Part shown: positions 63,245-64,000 of the stretch, piece by piece
Layout: each line of letters opens with the position of its first letter
How positions within the stretch are numbered: the first letter of the stretch is position 1
Assembly (NCBI GenBank): GCA_019058295.1
Contig: JAHPZI010000021.1
Location: forward strand, 1-64,000
From: Promethearchaeota archaeon
GTDB taxonomy: Archaea; Asgardarchaeota; Lokiarchaeia; Sigyniarchaeales; SOKP01
Length of the DNA stretch: 64,000 bases
Reading direction: 5' to 3'
Made by a program: the position numbers and the translations under genes
The notes under the pieces: model-generated
What the model was told of the DNA's origin: nothing
The model's database searches: none
What the model saw: the letters and a program-made list of their open reading frames with translations, nothing else

Positions 63245-64000
63245 TTAATCTTCTACCTCAACGATTATATTCAAATGTTGAATCTTAGAATTAATCAATG
63301 CTATGACTATTTTTGATAAATTTCTCAAGTTTTTAGCATGTTGGATTTTTTCATCGATTTGTTCGTGTAAAAATTCATGAATCATGTCCCTCGTTGCCTC
63401 TGGCCCATTAGTTTTCATATATTCTTGCCAATGAATTGAAGTTCTACATACATTTTTAATATCCTCATCAGAATATTCTTCCTTATCGTACAAAATATCG
63501 TTATATTTCTCTATCGCTTTACTTACTCGTTCTAAGTGATCCGCTATTGCCAGAGCTGTTCGACATAGAGTAATTAAGTTAGATATGATCCGGGTATTCC
63601 TAGTATTAGCCGCTTCTTTAAAAGCATTCCAAGCGTCTAACCATTCTTCTTTATGTGGCCCATCAATTCCGTTATTAACCATAGCCACATTAATAACATC
63701 ACTAATATCTACATTATGTCCTCTTTTAAGTTTCTTATTAAAGATTTGTCTAAGACTTGTTCCTTCAAGATATGCTCCCGCACCGAAATCCAGTAATTGA
63801 TTAGTGTCGTTAGCGGCAATTAATGTATTTTTTTCGTTTTTATCTGATAATGGATTTTCCCAATGAATATCTTTTTCCCATTCTTTCGTTGTTGAATTTC
63901 TTACGAAATTGCACTCTTTGAGCCCATGTTCTAGTAGCGAAACTTGAAATGTCCAAAAATCAATATCATCAGTAAATCTTTTTCTCCGCCAGTCTCTCGT
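63245..64000 (-). CDS. 5'-truncated protein, putative nucleotidyltransferase (Pol-beta/AbiEii-like)
   Basis: The frame of ORF 63245-63688 stays open to the window edge: TRDWRRKRFTDDIDFW...KKLKRGHNVDISDV. It contains RxTxDID and K..R...D..D motifs. Confidence 0.6.
   Translation of the reverse strand, partial: TRDWRRKRFTDDIDFWTFQVSLLEHGLKECNFVRNSTTKEWEKDIHWENPLSDKNEKNTLIAANDTNQLLDFGAGAYLEGTSLRQIFNKKLKRGHNVDISDVINVAMVNNGIDGPHKEEWLDAWNAFKEAANTRNTRIISNLITLCRTALAIADHLERVSKAIEKYNDILYDKEEYSDEDIKNVCRTSIHWQEYMKTNGPEATRDMIHEFLHEQIDEKIQHAKNLRNLSKIVIALINSKIQHLNIIVEVED

Overview
This is an AT-rich archaeal window, most likely from an Asgard archaeon (Lokiarchaeia/Promethearchaeota). That inference rests on a Loki-type LRR protein and a Loki-CTERM-like surface anchor. 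Two thirds of the window is one uninterrupted 43.4-kb ORF (2578-45999, 14,473 aa). It has about 13 N-terminal TM helices, then a ~10,800-aa acidic extracellular stalk with LamG/ConA-like, Ig-like and DNRLRE-like modules, several nested inside one another. After the stalk come clustered DxDxDG motifs, Gly/Ala-rich hydrophobic hairpins and an abruptly Lys/Arg-rich ~2,000-aa C-terminus. A Loki-type LRR gene ends 5 bp away, tail-to-tail, and a second wHTH-LRR gene follows. My best candidate for an undescribed system is a giant membrane-tethered contact-dependent effector (polymorphic-toxin-like) with LRR immunity or regulatory partners; this is inference and is not proven. Downstream, three pairs of direct repeats bracket successive cargo blocks: ~245 bp, a 41-bp copy of the msrA 3' end, and ~80 bp. 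The cargo is LRR2, an MFS-PHP-membrane enzyme operon and a coiled-coil gene, and no integrase is in view. The rest is mostly housekeeping: msrA/msrB, acyl-CoA synthetase, lpdA and DUF2156. It also holds a Cys-rich ORF with a probable non-canonical start and a truncated nucleotidyltransferase-like gene. No rRNA, tRNA, CRISPR array or transposase was recognised. All domain calls come from reading motifs by eye, not from database searches.
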